In this document: piece by piece, positions 15,398 to 26,598 of the stretch | Numbering within the stretch: position 1 is the first letter of the stretch | How the letters are laid out: each line of letters opens with the position of its first letter | Source: Thiotrichaceae bacterium | GTDB taxonomy: Bacteria > Pseudomonadota > Gammaproteobacteria > Thiotrichales > Thiotrichaceae | Length of the DNA stretch: 31,877 nt | Direction: 5' to 3' | Assembly: GCA_027008665.1 (NCBI GenBank) | Contig: JALVEA010000180.1 | Coordinates: 1 to 31,877 of the forward strand | Notes under the pieces: generated by a model | What the model was told of the DNA's origin: nothing | Database searches by the model: none | The model's input: only the letters and a program-made list of their open reading frames with translations | Translations under genes and position numbers: made by a program

Positions 15398-17205
15398 CAA
15401 GAAAGGCAAAAGTATTGAGCACACTGCCCCCTGTTTACAGAGGGCGGCGTTTTGCGTTGCTCGTTATTTTATTGTCACTTCTTTGCGTGTTGTTATTACG
15501 TGCGGGATATTTAGAAATTTTTCAGCAACAATGGTTGCAAAAACAGGCGGATAAACGACAAATGAGAGTTGTTTCTGTGCCTCCATACCGAGGAATGATT
15601 GTTGATCGTAATGAAGAATCTTTAGCAATCAGTTCACCCGTTGTTTCTGTTTGGTGTAATCCTAAAAAGCTATTTCGTATTCGTGATGGTTTGTTAAAAG
15701 GAACAGAAAGTAGTGATGAAAAAGATGTCTTGCTGGCGAAAGCGCGTTTAGATGAAATGGATGTAGGATTACAAAAGGTAGCGGAATATTTAAAAATAGA
15801 TGCGCCTAAATTACAACAAAAATTACGAAAAAATAAAAGAAAGCAATTTTTATATTTAGCGCGGCAGATTCCTCCTGAAATTTCAGAAGATATTGCAAAT
15901 TTAAACTTACCTGCGATCAGCAGTACCTCTGAATATCGACGTTTTTATCCGATGGGAGAAGCCTTATCGCATGTGATAGGTTTCACGAATATCGATGATA
16001 AAGGTGTCGAAGGTATAGAACGCTCTAAAAATCAGGTCTTAGCTGGTGAATCTGGAAAAAAACGAGTGGTGCGTGATGGACGTGGTCGCTTGATTGAGAA
16101 TATTGAACAGATTAAAGAAATGAAGCCCGGTCGGCAGGTGAAGTTAAGCATTGATAAACGAATACAATTCCAAACCTATAAGGAACTAAAAGGGACGGTC
16201 TATAAACTGAATGCGAAAGCAGGTTCGGTGGTCGTGCTTGATGCACATACTGGCGAAATTTTAGCAATGGCAAATATGCCCGGTTTTAATCCTAATGTTC
16301 GCGCAGAATTAAAACCTTATCGCTATCGTAACCGCGCAATAATGGATACTTTTGAGCCAGGTTCAACGATTAAACCATTTACTATTGCGGCAGCATTAGA
16401 AGAACGAGTGATTGGTGCAGAGGTACAAATAGACACAGCCCCTGGATATTTGAGAATTGGCAAAACAACGATTCGTGACCATAAAAATTATGGATCAATG
16501 ACATTGGATAAAATATTAGCTAAATCAAGCAATGTTGGTGCGAGTAAAGTAGCGCTACTGATGAAAGCTAGTGGACATTGGAAATTTCTTAGCCGAATTG
16601 GTTTTGGACTACGGCCTGATGCAGGGTTTCCAAATGAGTCCGAAGGGAAGTTATCCTATTACGATACTTGGGGGGCTGTTGATCGTACTTCTCTTGCTTA
16701 TGGTTATGGTATTTCTGCTAGTTTATTGCAACTTGCTCATGCCTATACCGTATTTGCAACAGGCGGAGTTCTTTATCCTGTCACCATTTTTAAAAGGAGT
16801 GATAAAGCATTAGCAGGGCAACGCATTATGAAAGAGGCTAATGCAAAGGCAGTGTTAAGAATGTTGCTCTCAGTTGTGAGTAAAAATGGGACAGGAAACA
16901 ATGCCAAAGTTGATGGTTATTATGTGGCAGGAAAAACAGGAACTGCTTATAAATTTATGAATAAGCGTTATCGTAAAGATAAAAAGATAGTCAGTTTTAT
17001 TGGTATTGCCCCTGCTTCAAATCCGCGTATTGTGGTTGCCGTAATGATCAATGAGCCTAAAGTAAAAAGAGCAACAGGTGGTCGTTTAGCAGCGCCTGTT
17101 TTTTCTAAAATTATGGCAAGTACTTTGAGAATATTGGATATTCCCCCTGATAATTTACCTGATTTAAAGCAAGCAAGCACTAATAATGCAGAGGGAGCTT
17201 CATGA
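15394..17205 (+). CDS. ftsI: Peptidoglycan D,D-transpeptidase FtsI (PBP3)
   Basis: RGMIVDRN, EYRRFYP, SxxK (STIK), SxN (SSN) and KTG motifs intact. Confidence 0.98.
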   Translation: MTRKAKVLSTLPPVYRGRRFALLVILLSLLCVLLLRAGYLEIFQQQWLQKQADKRQMRVVSVPPYRGMIVDRNEESLAISSPVVSVWCNPKKLFRIRDGLLKGTESSDEKDVLLAKARLDEMDVGLQKVAEYLKIDAPKLQQKLRKNKRKQFLYLARQIPPEISEDIANLNLPAISSTSEYRRFYPMGEALSHVIGFTNIDDKGVEGIERSKNQVLAGESGKKRVVRDGRGRLIENIEQIKEMKPGRQVKLSIDKRIQFQTYKELKGTVYKLNAKAGSVVVLDAHTGEILAMANMPGFNPNVRAELKPYRYRNRAIMDTFEPGSTIKPFTIAAALEERVIGAEVQIDTAPGYLRIGKTTIRDHKNYGSMTLDKILAKSSNVGASKVALLMKASGHWKFLSRIGFGLRPDAGFPNESEGKLSYYDTWGAVDRTSLAYGYGISASLLQLAHAYTVFATGGVLYPVTIFKRSDKALAGQRIMKEANAKAVLRMLLSVVSKNGTGNNAKVDGYYVAGKTGTAYKFMNKRYRKDKKIVSFIGIAPASNPRIVVAVMINEPKVKRATGGRLAAPVFSKIMASTLRILDIPPDNLPDLKQASTNNAEGAS

Positions 17206-18773
17206 ACAAACAGCCCTTAGCCTCTTTATTATCAGTTCTTGATGGTTTTGTTGATAGCGCTCAAATAGACAGTTTGGTAGATCTACAGATAAAGGGGATG
17301 ACACTAGATAGTCGTTCTGTGAAAAAAGGTATGCTTTTTGTTGCCTTAAAAGGGACGCAAACGCATGGTTTACACTATGCGCTAAATGCACAGCAACAAG
17401 GTGCGATTGCTGTGATATGGGAATCTGATACTAGCTTAGAGAAAAACGAGCAGGAAAAAGCCCAATTATTAAACAATCTCTTCATTCCTAATATAGAAAT
17501 AAAAAATTTGTCAACTCACTTGGGTGAAATTGCAACGCGTTACTATCAAATACGAGATCATAAAGGGCAGATAAAACCAAACTATGGCTTAAAGATTATT
17601 GGTGTGACAGGGACGGATGGTAAAACAAGCGTATCTCATTTTATTGCTCAAGCCATGAATGCTTTAGCTCCCAATAAAACTGCGATTATTGGAACATTAG
17701 GAATTGGTTTAATCGATAATTTAAAAAAATCCACACAAACAACACCTGATCTTTTAACAGTTCATAAAACATTGCATCAATTAGCGAATGACGGTATTGA
17801 AGTCGTTGCAATGGAGGTATCCTCTCATGCTTTAGACCAAGGGCGCGTTGATGGGGTTGAGTTTGATACGGCAATCTTAACAAACTTAACTCGTGATCAT
17901 CTTGATTATCATGGTACTGTTAAAAAGTATGCTAAGGCAAAGGAAAAGCTGTTTTTGCGCCCCGAATTGAACAGTATAGTATTAAATCAAAATGATACTT
18001 TTAGCCAGCATATTATTAATAAACTTAAGCAGAGTGATAGCGATAAAGAGTGTTTACGTTATTTAGTCAAGTCTGCTGCTTTAGATAATGAGCAAAGTGC
18101 TGAGTTAATTGCTGAAAATGCCCGTTTCACCCATCAAGGAATTGAAGCGCAGGTGTCCTTTTCTGGTCAGAAAGGTGTGCTAAAAGTAGGTGTTATAGGC
18201 TGGTTTAATCTCAGTAATTTACTGGCAACCTTGGCAACAATGCTTGGTTTAAAGATAAAATTTTCTGATGCACTTGAAGCATTAAATAAGGTAAAAACCG
18301 TGTCAGGTCGTATGGAGCCTATTGCTTCAAAGGATAGATTGGTTGTGGTTGATTATGCGCATACTCCTGCTGCATTAGAATCGGTTTTAAAAGCTTTGCG
18401 TCATCATACGGAACAACGTCTTATTTGTGTGTTTGGTTGTGGTGGTGATCGTGATAAAGGCAAACGTCCTTTAATGGCTAAAATAGCAGAACAAAATGCA
18501 GATAGTGTTATTGTTACCGATGATAACCCCCGTACTGAAGATCCCAAAGGAATTATGAGTGATATTACAGCAGGATTTACACAACCAGAAAATATATTGA
18601 TTGAGCATAATCGTGCTAAAGCGATTCGCAATGCAATATCACAAGCCAAAGCGGGTGATGTGGTATTGATTGCAGGAAAAGGGCATGAGCAAGTACAGAT
18701 TTTTGCTCATAAAAGCGAACTTTTTGATGATCGACAGCAGGTGGTAGAAGCATTGCAGGAGTTGACACTATGA
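17202..18773 (+). CDS. murE: UDP-MurNAc-L-Ala-D-Glu--meso-DAP ligase
   Basis: GVTGTDGKT, MEVSSHAL.Q.R, TNLTRDHLDYHG, DYAHTP, and the DNPR motif that indicates meso-DAP specificity. Confidence 0.98.
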   Translation: MNKQPLASLLSVLDGFVDSAQIDSLVDLQIKGMTLDSRSVKKGMLFVALKGTQTHGLHYALNAQQQGAIAVIWESDTSLEKNEQEKAQLLNNLFIPNIEIKNLSTHLGEIATRYYQIRDHKGQIKPNYGLKIIGVTGTDGKTSVSHFIAQAMNALAPNKTAIIGTLGIGLIDNLKKSTQTTPDLLTVHKTLHQLANDGIEVVAMEVSSHALDQGRVDGVEFDTAILTNLTRDHLDYHGTVKKYAKAKEKLFLRPELNSIVLNQNDTFSQHIINKLKQSDSDKECLRYLVKSAALDNEQSAELIAENARFTHQGIEAQVSFSGQKGVLKVGVIGWFNLSNLLATLATMLGLKIKFSDALEALNKVKTVSGRMEPIASKDRLVVVDYAHTPAALESVLKALRHHTEQRLICVFGCGGDRDKGKRPLMAKIAEQNADSVIVTDDNPRTEDPKGIMSDITAGFTQPENILIEHNRAKAIRNAISQAKAGDVVLIAGKGHEQVQIFAHKSELFDDRQQVVEALQELTL

Positions 18774-20191
18774 CGTGGCTAGGGCTTGAGGAAATAGCGA
18801 AGATGTCGGAGGGGGTGTTGCACGGCGAAAACCGATCTATAAATTCAGTCTCTACTGATTCTAGAACAGTGCAAAAAGATCAATTGTTTATTGCCTTAGT
18901 GGGTGAAAACTTTGATGCTCATGATTTTATTGCTTCAATAACAAATAAAGCGGCAGCCGTTTTTGTGCATAAAAAAATGGACTGCGACATTCCACAAATT
19001 ATTGTAGAAGACACTTTGAAAGGTCTTGGTCTGTTCGCGGCTGCTTGGCGTAAGCAATTTAAAAAACCTCTGATTGGCTTAACAGGTAGCAATGGAAAAA
19101 CGACAGTAAAAGAAATGCTCGCTGCTATTTTTTCGACTAAGGGCAATGTAATGGCGACTTTTGGTAATCTCAATAATGATATTGGTATGCCTCTGACGCT
19201 TTTAAGATTACGCGATAATATGGATTATGCCGTTATCGAAATGGGAGCCAATCATTTTAATGAAATTGATTATTTAACTCATATTGCTAAGCCTGATGTG
19301 GCACTTTTAAATAATGCAGGAACCGCACATTTAGAAGGTTTTGGTGATGTAAAAGGTGTTTCGCGTGCTAAAGCAGAGATTTTTAAGGGTTTAAGTAAAA
19401 AAGGTATCGCAATTATCAATAGAGATGATCAATACGCTGATTATTGGTTGTCTTGTAATAAAGATAGAAAAAGCATTACCTTTGGTTTTAGTGATCAAGC
19501 CAATCTAAAAGGTGAATTGAACTGTGATGGTTTATTAGTTCAAGTTGGAGATCAACAAAAACTAATTAAATTAGCATTGCTTGGGCATCACAATGCAATG
19601 AATGCATTAGCGGCAAGTGCAGCCGCAATTGCTGTAGGGCTAGATTTGAGTGCTATTAAGCAAGGATTGGAAAGTTTGCAGGCGGTGAGAGGGCGACTTG
19701 CGCCTGTGAAAGGCATCGATGGGGTTCGGATTATTGACGATACTTATAATGCTAATCCTAGTTCAACTCGTGCTGCTATCGATGTTTTAGCAGATCAAAA
19801 AAAGAGCAAACGCATCTTAGTGCTCGGTGATATGGGGGAATTAGGTGACAACACCGCTCAGTTACATGCTGATATTGGTCTATACGCAAAGGCAAAAGGA
19901 ATTGAAGCACTTTATTGTCTTGGTAATAACAGCAAACAAGCCTGTGAAAAATTTGCTGAAAATGGGTTTGCTTTTGATGCCATTGAGCCGTTATTAGTTG
20001 CTTTACAGCAGAGAATAAAGCAAATACAAAAACAGCAACAACAAACAAAGGATAAGCAAAGCGTGACAGTATTGGTTAAAGGGTCTAGATCAATGAGAAT
20101 GGAACGTGTGGTAGAGGCATTAAGTCAGCCACAAGAAGGAGTAAATTATACTCATAATGGGGAAAATGTTGTGGAGACTGGACTATGTTAG
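18770..20191 (+). CDS. murF: UDP-MurNAc-tripeptide--D-Ala-D-Ala ligase
   Basis: [51 protein letters not shown]. Confidence 0.98.
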   Translation: MTWLGLEEIAKMSEGVLHGENRSINSVSTDSRTVQKDQLFIALVGENFDAHDFIASITNKAAAVFVHKKMDCDIPQIIVEDTLKGLGLFAAAWRKQFKKPLIGLTGSNGKTTVKEMLAAIFSTKGNVMATFGNLNNDIGMPLTLLRLRDNMDYAVIEMGANHFNEIDYLTHIAKPDVALLNNAGTAHLEGFGDVKGVSRAKAEIFKGLSKKGIAIINRDDQYADYWLSCNKDRKSITFGFSDQANLKGELNCDGLLVQVGDQQKLIKLALLGHHNAMNALAASAAAIAVGLDLSAIKQGLESLQAVRGRLAPVKGIDGVRIIDDTYNANPSSTRAAIDVLADQKKSKRILVLGDMGELGDNTAQLHADIGLYAKAKGIEALYCLGNNSKQACEKFAENGFAFDAIEPLLVALQQRIKQIQKQQQQTKDKQSVTVLVKGSRSMRMERVVEALSQPQEGVNYTHNGENVVETGLC

Positions 20192-21267
20192 TAGCACTTG
20201 CGGAATGGTTATCAGAATCTTATAGCTTTTTTAATGTTTTTCAGTATATTACTCTGCGTTCAATTATGGCTGTGCTAACGGCATTAGGAATTTCCTTGGT
20301 GTTAGCCCCTTTAATGATACGTCGTTTGACAGAATTAAAGATTGGACAAAGTATTCGTGACGATGGACCGCAATCTCACTTAGTGAAGGCAGGGACTCCA
20401 ACAATGGGAGGAGCATTAATTTTACTCGCTATTGCAGTGTCCACTTTACTCTGGGGAGATTTAAGCAATCATTATATATGGATTGTTTTATTTGTGACCC
20501 TAGGTTCAGGTTTAGTGGGTGGAATTGATGATTATATAAAATTGAAATATGGTAATAGCAAAGGACTATCAGCCAAAATAAAATATTTGAGCTTGTCACT
20601 GATTGCATTTATTGCAGCAACGATATTGTTTATTACCGCCAATAGCAATATAGAAACAACACTTTACTTCCCCGTCTTTAAAGATTGGTTTTGGGATATG
20701 GGATGGCTATTTATTCCATGGACTTATTTGGTCATTGTTGGGAGTAGTAATGCGGTCAATTTGACAGATGGGCTTGATGGTTTAGCGATTATGCCAACTA
20801 TTATGGTAGCGGCAGCTCTTGGTGTTTTTGCCTATTTAACAGGTAATATAGTTTTTGCGGGTTATTTAGGGATTCCCTATGTGCATAATGTGGGTGAAAT
20901 TACCATCTTTTGTGGCACTATTTTTGGTGCAGGATTAGGCTTTTTATGGTTTAACAGTTATCCCGCACAGGTTTTTATGGGTGATGTTGGCGCATTGGCA
21001 TTAGGTGCGGCATTAGGTGTTATTGCGGTTGTGGTGCGTCAAGAAATTGTATTAGCGGTTATGGGCGGTGTTTTTGTAATGGAGGCAGTGTCGGTTATTT
21101 TACAGGTAGCTTCTTTCAAAGTGACAGGGCGACGTATTTTTAGAATGGCTCCCATACATCACCACTTTGAATTAAAAGGTTGGGCAGAGCCAAAAGTGAT
21201 TGTTCGTTTTTGGATAATTACCATTGTATTAGTCTTGATTGGCTTGGCAACTTTGAAAGTACGTTAA
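20185..21267 (+). CDS. mraY: Phospho-MurNAc-pentapeptide transferase
   Basis: [46 protein letters not shown]. Confidence 0.99.
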   Translation: MLVALAEWLSESYSFFNVFQYITLRSIMAVLTALGISLVLAPLMIRRLTELKIGQSIRDDGPQSHLVKAGTPTMGGALILLAIAVSTLLWGDLSNHYIWIVLFVTLGSGLVGGIDDYIKLKYGNSKGLSAKIKYLSLSLIAFIAATILFITANSNIETTLYFPVFKDWFWDMGWLFIPWTYLVIVGSSNAVNLTDGLDGLAIMPTIMVAAALGVFAYLTGNIVFAGYLGIPYVHNVGEITIFCGTIFGAGLGFLWFNSYPAQVFMGDVGALALGAALGVIAVVVRQEIVLAVMGGVFVMEAVSVILQVASFKVTGRRIFRMAPIHHHFELKGWAEPKVIVRFWIITIVLVLIGLATLKVR

Positions 21268-21303
21268 ATTTTATTATATTTAGAATTGCAATATAGACTA
21301 TAA

Positions 21304-22689
21304 ATGAATGAGGTAACTAAAAAGCAAATAACAACATGGGATACTTTGGTTGTTGGTTTAGGGGCAACTGGGTTATCTGTAGTACGTTATTTAGCGGATC
21401 AACAACAGAATTTTGCAGTGACGGATAGTCGAACCTCGCCACCTAAAAAAGAGGTGTTGATTAATGATTACCCTCATATACCTTATTATTTTGGTTGTTT
21501 TGATGCGAGCGTATTTTTACAAGCGAAGCAATTGATTGTAAACCCTGGTATTGCTGTTGCCACGAAAGAAATTCAGCGGGCAAAAGAAAAGGGTGCTGAA
21601 ATAATTGGTGATATAGAATTATTTATACATGAAGCAAAAGAACCTGTGATCGCAATAACAGGTTCTAATGGTAAAACAACCGTTACCACATTATTGCAAT
21701 TGATGGCAAAAAAATCACAGATTGTAGCACAAACAGGTGGCAATATTGGCATACCCGCGCTGGATTTATTGATTGCGGACAATGCAAAAGAAACAGAGTT
21801 GTATATTTTAGAGCTATCTAGTTTTCAATTAGAAACAACTCCTTCGCTAAAGGCAAAAGTAGCGGTTGTTCTTAATATTAGTGAAGACCATTTAGATCGC
21901 TACGAGGATATGGAGCATTACATAGCAACAAAAGGGTTGATTTATAATAACTGCGAATATTGCGTCGTTAATCGTGATGACCCTGTTGCACAGGCGTTAG
22001 CAAAAGGCAAAGAAAGTCTATCCTTTGGTTTGGATGAGCCAAGCGAAGGTCATTATGGTTTACGTCAAAAAGAGAATAAAACATGGCTGGTCAAAGGTGA
22101 TCAGTATTTATTACCCATTGATAGGATGAAATTGGCAGGAAAGCACAATCAGGCAAATGCATTAGCAGCCCTAGCAATGGGTGAGATTGCAGGTTTAAAG
22201 CAATCCGCTATGCTGGAGGTATTGACAGAATATGCAGGCATGGAGCACCGTACCCAGTGGATCGCCAAAATAGCGGGTGTAGATTGGTATAATGATTCAA
22301 AAGGAACTAATGTGGGGGCAACCTTAGCTGCACTTGAGGGGCTAGATGGATTCATAGTATTAATTTTAGGAGGTCAAGGAAAAGATGCCGATTTTTCACC
22401 ATTAAAGGAGGTTATAAAGAATAATGCGCGAGCGGTGGTATTAATAGGTCAAGATGCTGATTTAATTTCCGCTGTCTTAGAAGGTGTTGTACCTGAGCTC
22501 AATGCAACCAGTATGGCAGATGCTGTAGAACTAGCTGCAACATTGGCAAAAAAAGGTGATAAGGTTTTGTTATCTCCTGCTTGTGCAAGCTTTGATATGT
22601 TTGCTAACTATCAAGCGCGTGGTAATGAGTTTATTGATTGTGTTAATCGCTATCAACAGCAACAGCAACAGGAGGAGTTATGTCAATAA
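21304..22689 (+). CDS. murD: UDP-MurNAc-L-Ala--D-glutamate ligase
   Basis: [44 protein letters not shown]. Confidence 0.98.
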   Translation: MNEVTKKQITTWDTLVVGLGATGLSVVRYLADQQQNFAVTDSRTSPPKKEVLINDYPHIPYYFGCFDASVFLQAKQLIVNPGIAVATKEIQRAKEKGAEIIGDIELFIHEAKEPVIAITGSNGKTTVTTLLQLMAKKSQIVAQTGGNIGIPALDLLIADNAKETELYILELSSFQLETTPSLKAKVAVVLNISEDHLDRYEDMEHYIATKGLIYNNCEYCVVNRDDPVAQALAKGKESLSFGLDEPSEGHYGLRQKENKTWLVKGDQYLLPIDRMKLAGKHNQANALAALAMGEIAGLKQSAMLEVLTEYAGMEHRTQWIAKIAGVDWYNDSKGTNVGATLAALEGLDGFIVLILGGQGKDADFSPLKEVIKNNARAVVLIGQDADLISAVLEGVVPELNATSMADAVELAATLAKKGDKVLLSPACASFDMFANYQARGNEFIDCVNRYQQQQQQEELCQ

Positions 22690-23978
22690 TGCAACAGTTA
22701 TCAAAATGTAATCCTCTAATGAGTTTCCAGCCGAGTTGGGAGCGTTATGTTGACCGTGAACTTTTAATAGCATTATTTGTACTGATTGGATTGGGCTTTG
22801 TCGTGATGGTGTCAGCCTCTGTTGCTGTGGCTGAAAAAAATTATGGTGATGCCTATTATTTTTTAAATAGGCAATCTGTTTTTTTGCTATTAGGAAGTGT
22901 TGCTGGGTTTGCTATTTATCAAGTGAAAATTTTATTTTGGCAAAATTTAGGTGCTAGATTATTACCGATTATTGTCTTTTTACTTATTCTAGTATTAATT
23001 CCAGGCATTGGCAAAGAAGTCAATGGTAGTTATCGATGGTTTAGTTTTGCAGGTTTTAGTTTTCAAATTTCAGAATTTGCCAAACTAGGGATAATTGTCT
23101 ATATGTCAGGTTATTTACTACGACATGGAAAAAATCTAGCGCAATCAGTTTCTTGGTTGCCATTGATCGTACCATTGGTGGTGTTAGCGTTAGTCGATGT
23201 TTTGTTAATGCTGGAGCCTGATTTTGGTAGTACCGTTGTGGTGACAACAACCGTTATTGCCATGTTATTTTTAGGCGGAGTGAAATTCTCACGCATAGCA
23301 GTGTTAATGGCTGTCATGGTTGTTATGGCAATACCTTTAGTCATGATGGGTTATCGTGGTGCGAGAATTGCTGCTTATTTTGATCCTTGGGCAAATGCTT
23401 CAGGGAAGGCCTATCAAACGGTTCATGCACTGATGGCAGTGGGTGATGGCGGTTGGTTTGGTGCAGGTTTAGGTGGAGGAGTACAAAAATTATTTTATTT
23501 ACCCGAAGCACATAATGATTTTGTTTTTGCTGTGTTGGCAGAAGAATTTGGTTTTGTAGGTATTATTTTTACATTATTTCTGTTTGCTTGGGTAGTACAA
23601 CGCGCCTTTGTGATTGGATTTAATGCCGATAAAGTTAAATTGCATTTTGCAGCCTATATTGCTTATGGAATTGGTTTTTGGATTGGTTTTCAGTCCTTAT
23701 TCCATATGGGGGTGAATTTAGCCTTATTACCACCAAAAGGATTGACTCTACCGCTAATTAGTTATGGTGGTAGTAGTATTCTTGTCACCTTGATTGCGAT
23801 GGCATTTTTAATGCGTGTGCATCGTGATACACAAATAGCATTATTTGGCTTATCAGCAAGAGAACTTGTGAAGCAGAAAAAGCGCAAAGTCTCCGTAAAA
23901 AGAAAAGTGAGCAAACGTACTCCTGTAAAAAAGACGGTAAAAAAACGTCGTAGTGCAGTAACACGGAAGAAAAAATAA
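22680..23978 (+). CDS. ftsW: Septal peptidoglycan glycosyltransferase FtsW with a long K/R-rich C-terminal tail
   Basis: SEDS motifs NGSYRW, QISEFAK, EPDFG, LPEAHNDF, PPKGLTLPLISYGGSS; GGAGG RBS. Confidence 0.97.
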   Translation: MSIMQQLSKCNPLMSFQPSWERYVDRELLIALFVLIGLGFVVMVSASVAVAEKNYGDAYYFLNRQSVFLLLGSVAGFAIYQVKILFWQNLGARLLPIIVFLLILVLIPGIGKEVNGSYRWFSFAGFSFQISEFAKLGIIVYMSGYLLRHGKNLAQSVSWLPLIVPLVVLALVDVLLMLEPDFGSTVVVTTTVIAMLFLGGVKFSRIAVLMAVMVVMAIPLVMMGYRGARIAAYFDPWANASGKAYQTVHALMAVGDGGWFGAGLGGGVQKLFYLPEAHNDFVFAVLAEEFGFVGIIFTLFLFAWVVQRAFVIGFNADKVKLHFAAYIAYGIGFWIGFQSLFHMGVNLALLPPKGLTLPLISYGGSSILVTLIAMAFLMRVHRDTQIALFGLSARELVKQKKRKVSVKRKVSKRTPVKKTVKKRRSAVTRKKK

Positions 23979-24025
23979 TTAACCCTTTCTAAAGAATGTA
24001 GTAAATAAATTGGAAAAGAGAAAAT

Positions 24026-25177
24026 ATGTTAGATAAGCGACCTATATTAGTGACGGCAGGAGGAACCGGTGGACATGTCTATCCCGGTCTAGCTGTGGCG
24101 CGCGCGCTTATTGAGCAAAATATTCCTGTTATTTGGATGGGAACGCATAAAGGTCTAGAAGCACGAGTGATTCCTGCAGCGGGGATTGAAATGGCATGGT
24201 TGGATGTCAACGGTCTGCGTGGCAAAGGACTGACAGCTTTGTTGGTTGCACCTATAAATCTAGTCAGAGCATTATTTCAATCGATAAAAATTATGCGTCG
24301 GTATCGTCCTGTCGCGGTATTAGGAATGGGGGGCTTTGTTGCAGGCCCAGGTGGTTTAGTGGCTTCTCTAATGGGAATACCCGTTGTCATTCATGAGCAA
24401 AATGCAGTCGCAGGTTTAACTAATAAACTATTGAGTCGTTTTAGTAAAAAAATATTAGAAGGCTTTCCACAAACCTTTAGCAATTATTTTGGATCAGCAA
24501 AGCAAAGCAAAATCATTGCAGTGGGTAATCCAGTCAGAAAAGATATTAGCGCAATAGTCTCCCCTGAAAAACGGCTAACAGGGCGAAAAGGTACAAGCAG
24601 ATTATTAATTATTGGTGGAAGCCTTGGAGCGCAGGCGCTGAATGAAACAGTACCACAAGCCTTAGCAGTATTGGATAAAAAGAGTCGCCCTATCGTGCGT
24701 CATCAAGCAGGAAAAGGGAAAGATGAAACAACACATGCAGATTATAAAGCAATGGGTGTTGATGCCACTGTTACCCCCTTTATTGAAGATATGGCCGAGG
24801 CGTATGAATGGGCTGATTTGATTATCTGTCGTGCAGGAGCATTAACCATTGCTGAAGTCGCGGCAGCAGGTTTGGCTTCTATTTTAGTGCCTTACCCTTA
24901 TGCAGTGGACGACCATCAAAGTGCAAATGCTGCTTATTTAGCAGATAACGATGCTGCTATTTTAATGTCGCAAACAGAATTTACTAAGCAGTCAGCAAGC
25001 GAAATATTACAGTCTTTGCTAAACGATAGAGAAAAACTATTAACTATGAGTATGAAAGCCAGAGCATTAGCAAAACCAACCGCTACCGCCGAAGTTGCTG
25101 CCATTTGTGCACAATTGGCAACTTATGCGTTTGATAAAGATTTTGCTACCCAAAAGAGCGGGGAGAAAAAGACATGA
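24026..25177 (+). CDS. murG: Undecaprenyl-PP-MurNAc-pentapeptide GlcNAc transferase
   Basis: [36 protein letters not shown]. Confidence 0.99.
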   Translation: MLDKRPILVTAGGTGGHVYPGLAVARALIEQNIPVIWMGTHKGLEARVIPAAGIEMAWLDVNGLRGKGLTALLVAPINLVRALFQSIKIMRRYRPVAVLGMGGFVAGPGGLVASLMGIPVVIHEQNAVAGLTNKLLSRFSKKILEGFPQTFSNYFGSAKQSKIIAVGNPVRKDISAIVSPEKRLTGRKGTSRLLIIGGSLGAQALNETVPQALAVLDKKSRPIVRHQAGKGKDETTHADYKAMGVDATVTPFIEDMAEAYEWADLIICRAGALTIAEVAAAGLASILVPYPYAVDDHQSANAAYLADNDAAILMSQTEFTKQSASEILQSLLNDREKLLTMSMKARALAKPTATAEVAAICAQLATYAFDKDFATQKSGEKKT

Positions 25178-26598
25178 GGGCAAAAACAGATCTAGCCCGA
25201 CAACGCATTAAACATGTCCATTTTGTTGGTATTGGTGGTGCAGGTATGGGGGGAATTGCTGAGGTTATTGCTAATATTGGTTTTTCTGTGAGTGGTTCAG
25301 ATATTGCCGAAAATTCAATGACCCAACGTCTGTCGAGTATTGGTATTAGCGTTTACAAAGGGCATCAGGAAAAAAACATTCAAGGTGCGAATGTGGTTGT
25401 TGTATCTTCTGCGATTGATGAGATTAATCCTGAGATTATAGCAGCACGCGAAAATAATATTCCCGTTGTGCCACGTGCAGAAATGTTAGCTGAAATCATG
25501 CGTTTTAGTAATGGCATTGCTGTTGCAGGGACGCATGGCAAAACAACCACAACCAGTTTAGTGACCAGTCTACTCGCTGAGGCGGGTTTAGATCCTACCT
25601 TTGTAATAGGGGGGAAACTCAATAGTAGTGCCTGTAATTCAAAATTAGGCACAGGTGAGTATCTCGTTGCAGAGGCCGATGAAAGTGATGCTTCTTTTTT
25701 ATTGCTAAAGCCGATGATTTCCATTGTGACTAATATCGATGCAGATCATTTATCAACCTATGAGGGTGATTTTGAAAAACTAAAAACCACCTTTGTTGAG
25801 TTTCTACATCATCTACCCTTTTATGGTTTGGCTATTTTATGCGTTGATGATGAGCATGTCTGTGATATTTTACCAAAAGTAACACGCACTATTGTTAGTT
25901 ATGGGATTCATTATCCAGCTGATATTAGAGCAATGGATCTTCAGTATGATGCAACTCGAAGTTATTTTACCGTATTGCGTGAAGGCAAAAATAGCTTAGA
26001 TATTACCTTAAATATGCCGGGTGAGCATAATGTGCAAAATGCACTCGCTGCCATTGCAGTGGCAACAGAAATAGGTTTGACTGATGAAGCAATTGTCAAT
26101 GGCTTAAAGAAATTTCAAGGTGTAGGGCGACGTTTTGAATTTCATGGTGATATACAAACCTCACAAGGCTTGGTGACTTTGGTGGATGATTATGGTCATC
26201 ATCCAACCGAAATGAAAGCGACTATGCAAGCAGTACGAACCGCATGGCCAGAACGTCGTCTGGTGGTTTTGTTCCAGCCACATCGTTTTACTCGCACACG
26301 AGATTTATTTGAAGATTTTTCAATGGTTTTATCAGAGCCTGATGTATTGTTATTAATGGATGTCTATGCCGCATCAGAGCAACCTATAGCAGGTGCAGAT
26401 GGACGATCATTAGCACGTTCTATTCGCAATCGAGGGCAAGTGAGTCCCGTTTTTATTAAAACGGAAGAGGATGTTGATGCTATGTTATTGAGTCAGTTAA
26501 AAGATGGAGACATCTTATTAACTTTGGGAGCAGGAAATATTGGAACTATTTCTGCTAGTCTTCCTAAGCGATTATCAGCACAGCGGGGATTATTATGA
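25174..26598 (+). CDS. murC: UDP-MurNAc--L-alanine ligase
   Basis: [43 protein letters not shown]. Confidence 0.99.
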   Translation: MRAKTDLARQRIKHVHFVGIGGAGMGGIAEVIANIGFSVSGSDIAENSMTQRLSSIGISVYKGHQEKNIQGANVVVVSSAIDEINPEIIAARENNIPVVPRAEMLAEIMRFSNGIAVAGTHGKTTTTSLVTSLLAEAGLDPTFVIGGKLNSSACNSKLGTGEYLVAEADESDASFLLLKPMISIVTNIDADHLSTYEGDFEKLKTTFVEFLHHLPFYGLAILCVDDEHVCDILPKVTRTIVSYGIHYPADIRAMDLQYDATRSYFTVLREGKNSLDITLNMPGEHNVQNALAAIAVATEIGLTDEAIVNGLKKFQGVGRRFEFHGDIQTSQGLVTLVDDYGHHPTEMKATMQAVRTAWPERRLVVLFQPHRFTRTRDLFEDFSMVLSEPDVLLLMDVYAASEQPIAGADGRSLARSIRNRGQVSPVFIKTEEDVDAMLLSQLKDGDILLTLGAGNIGTISASLPKRLSAQRGLL

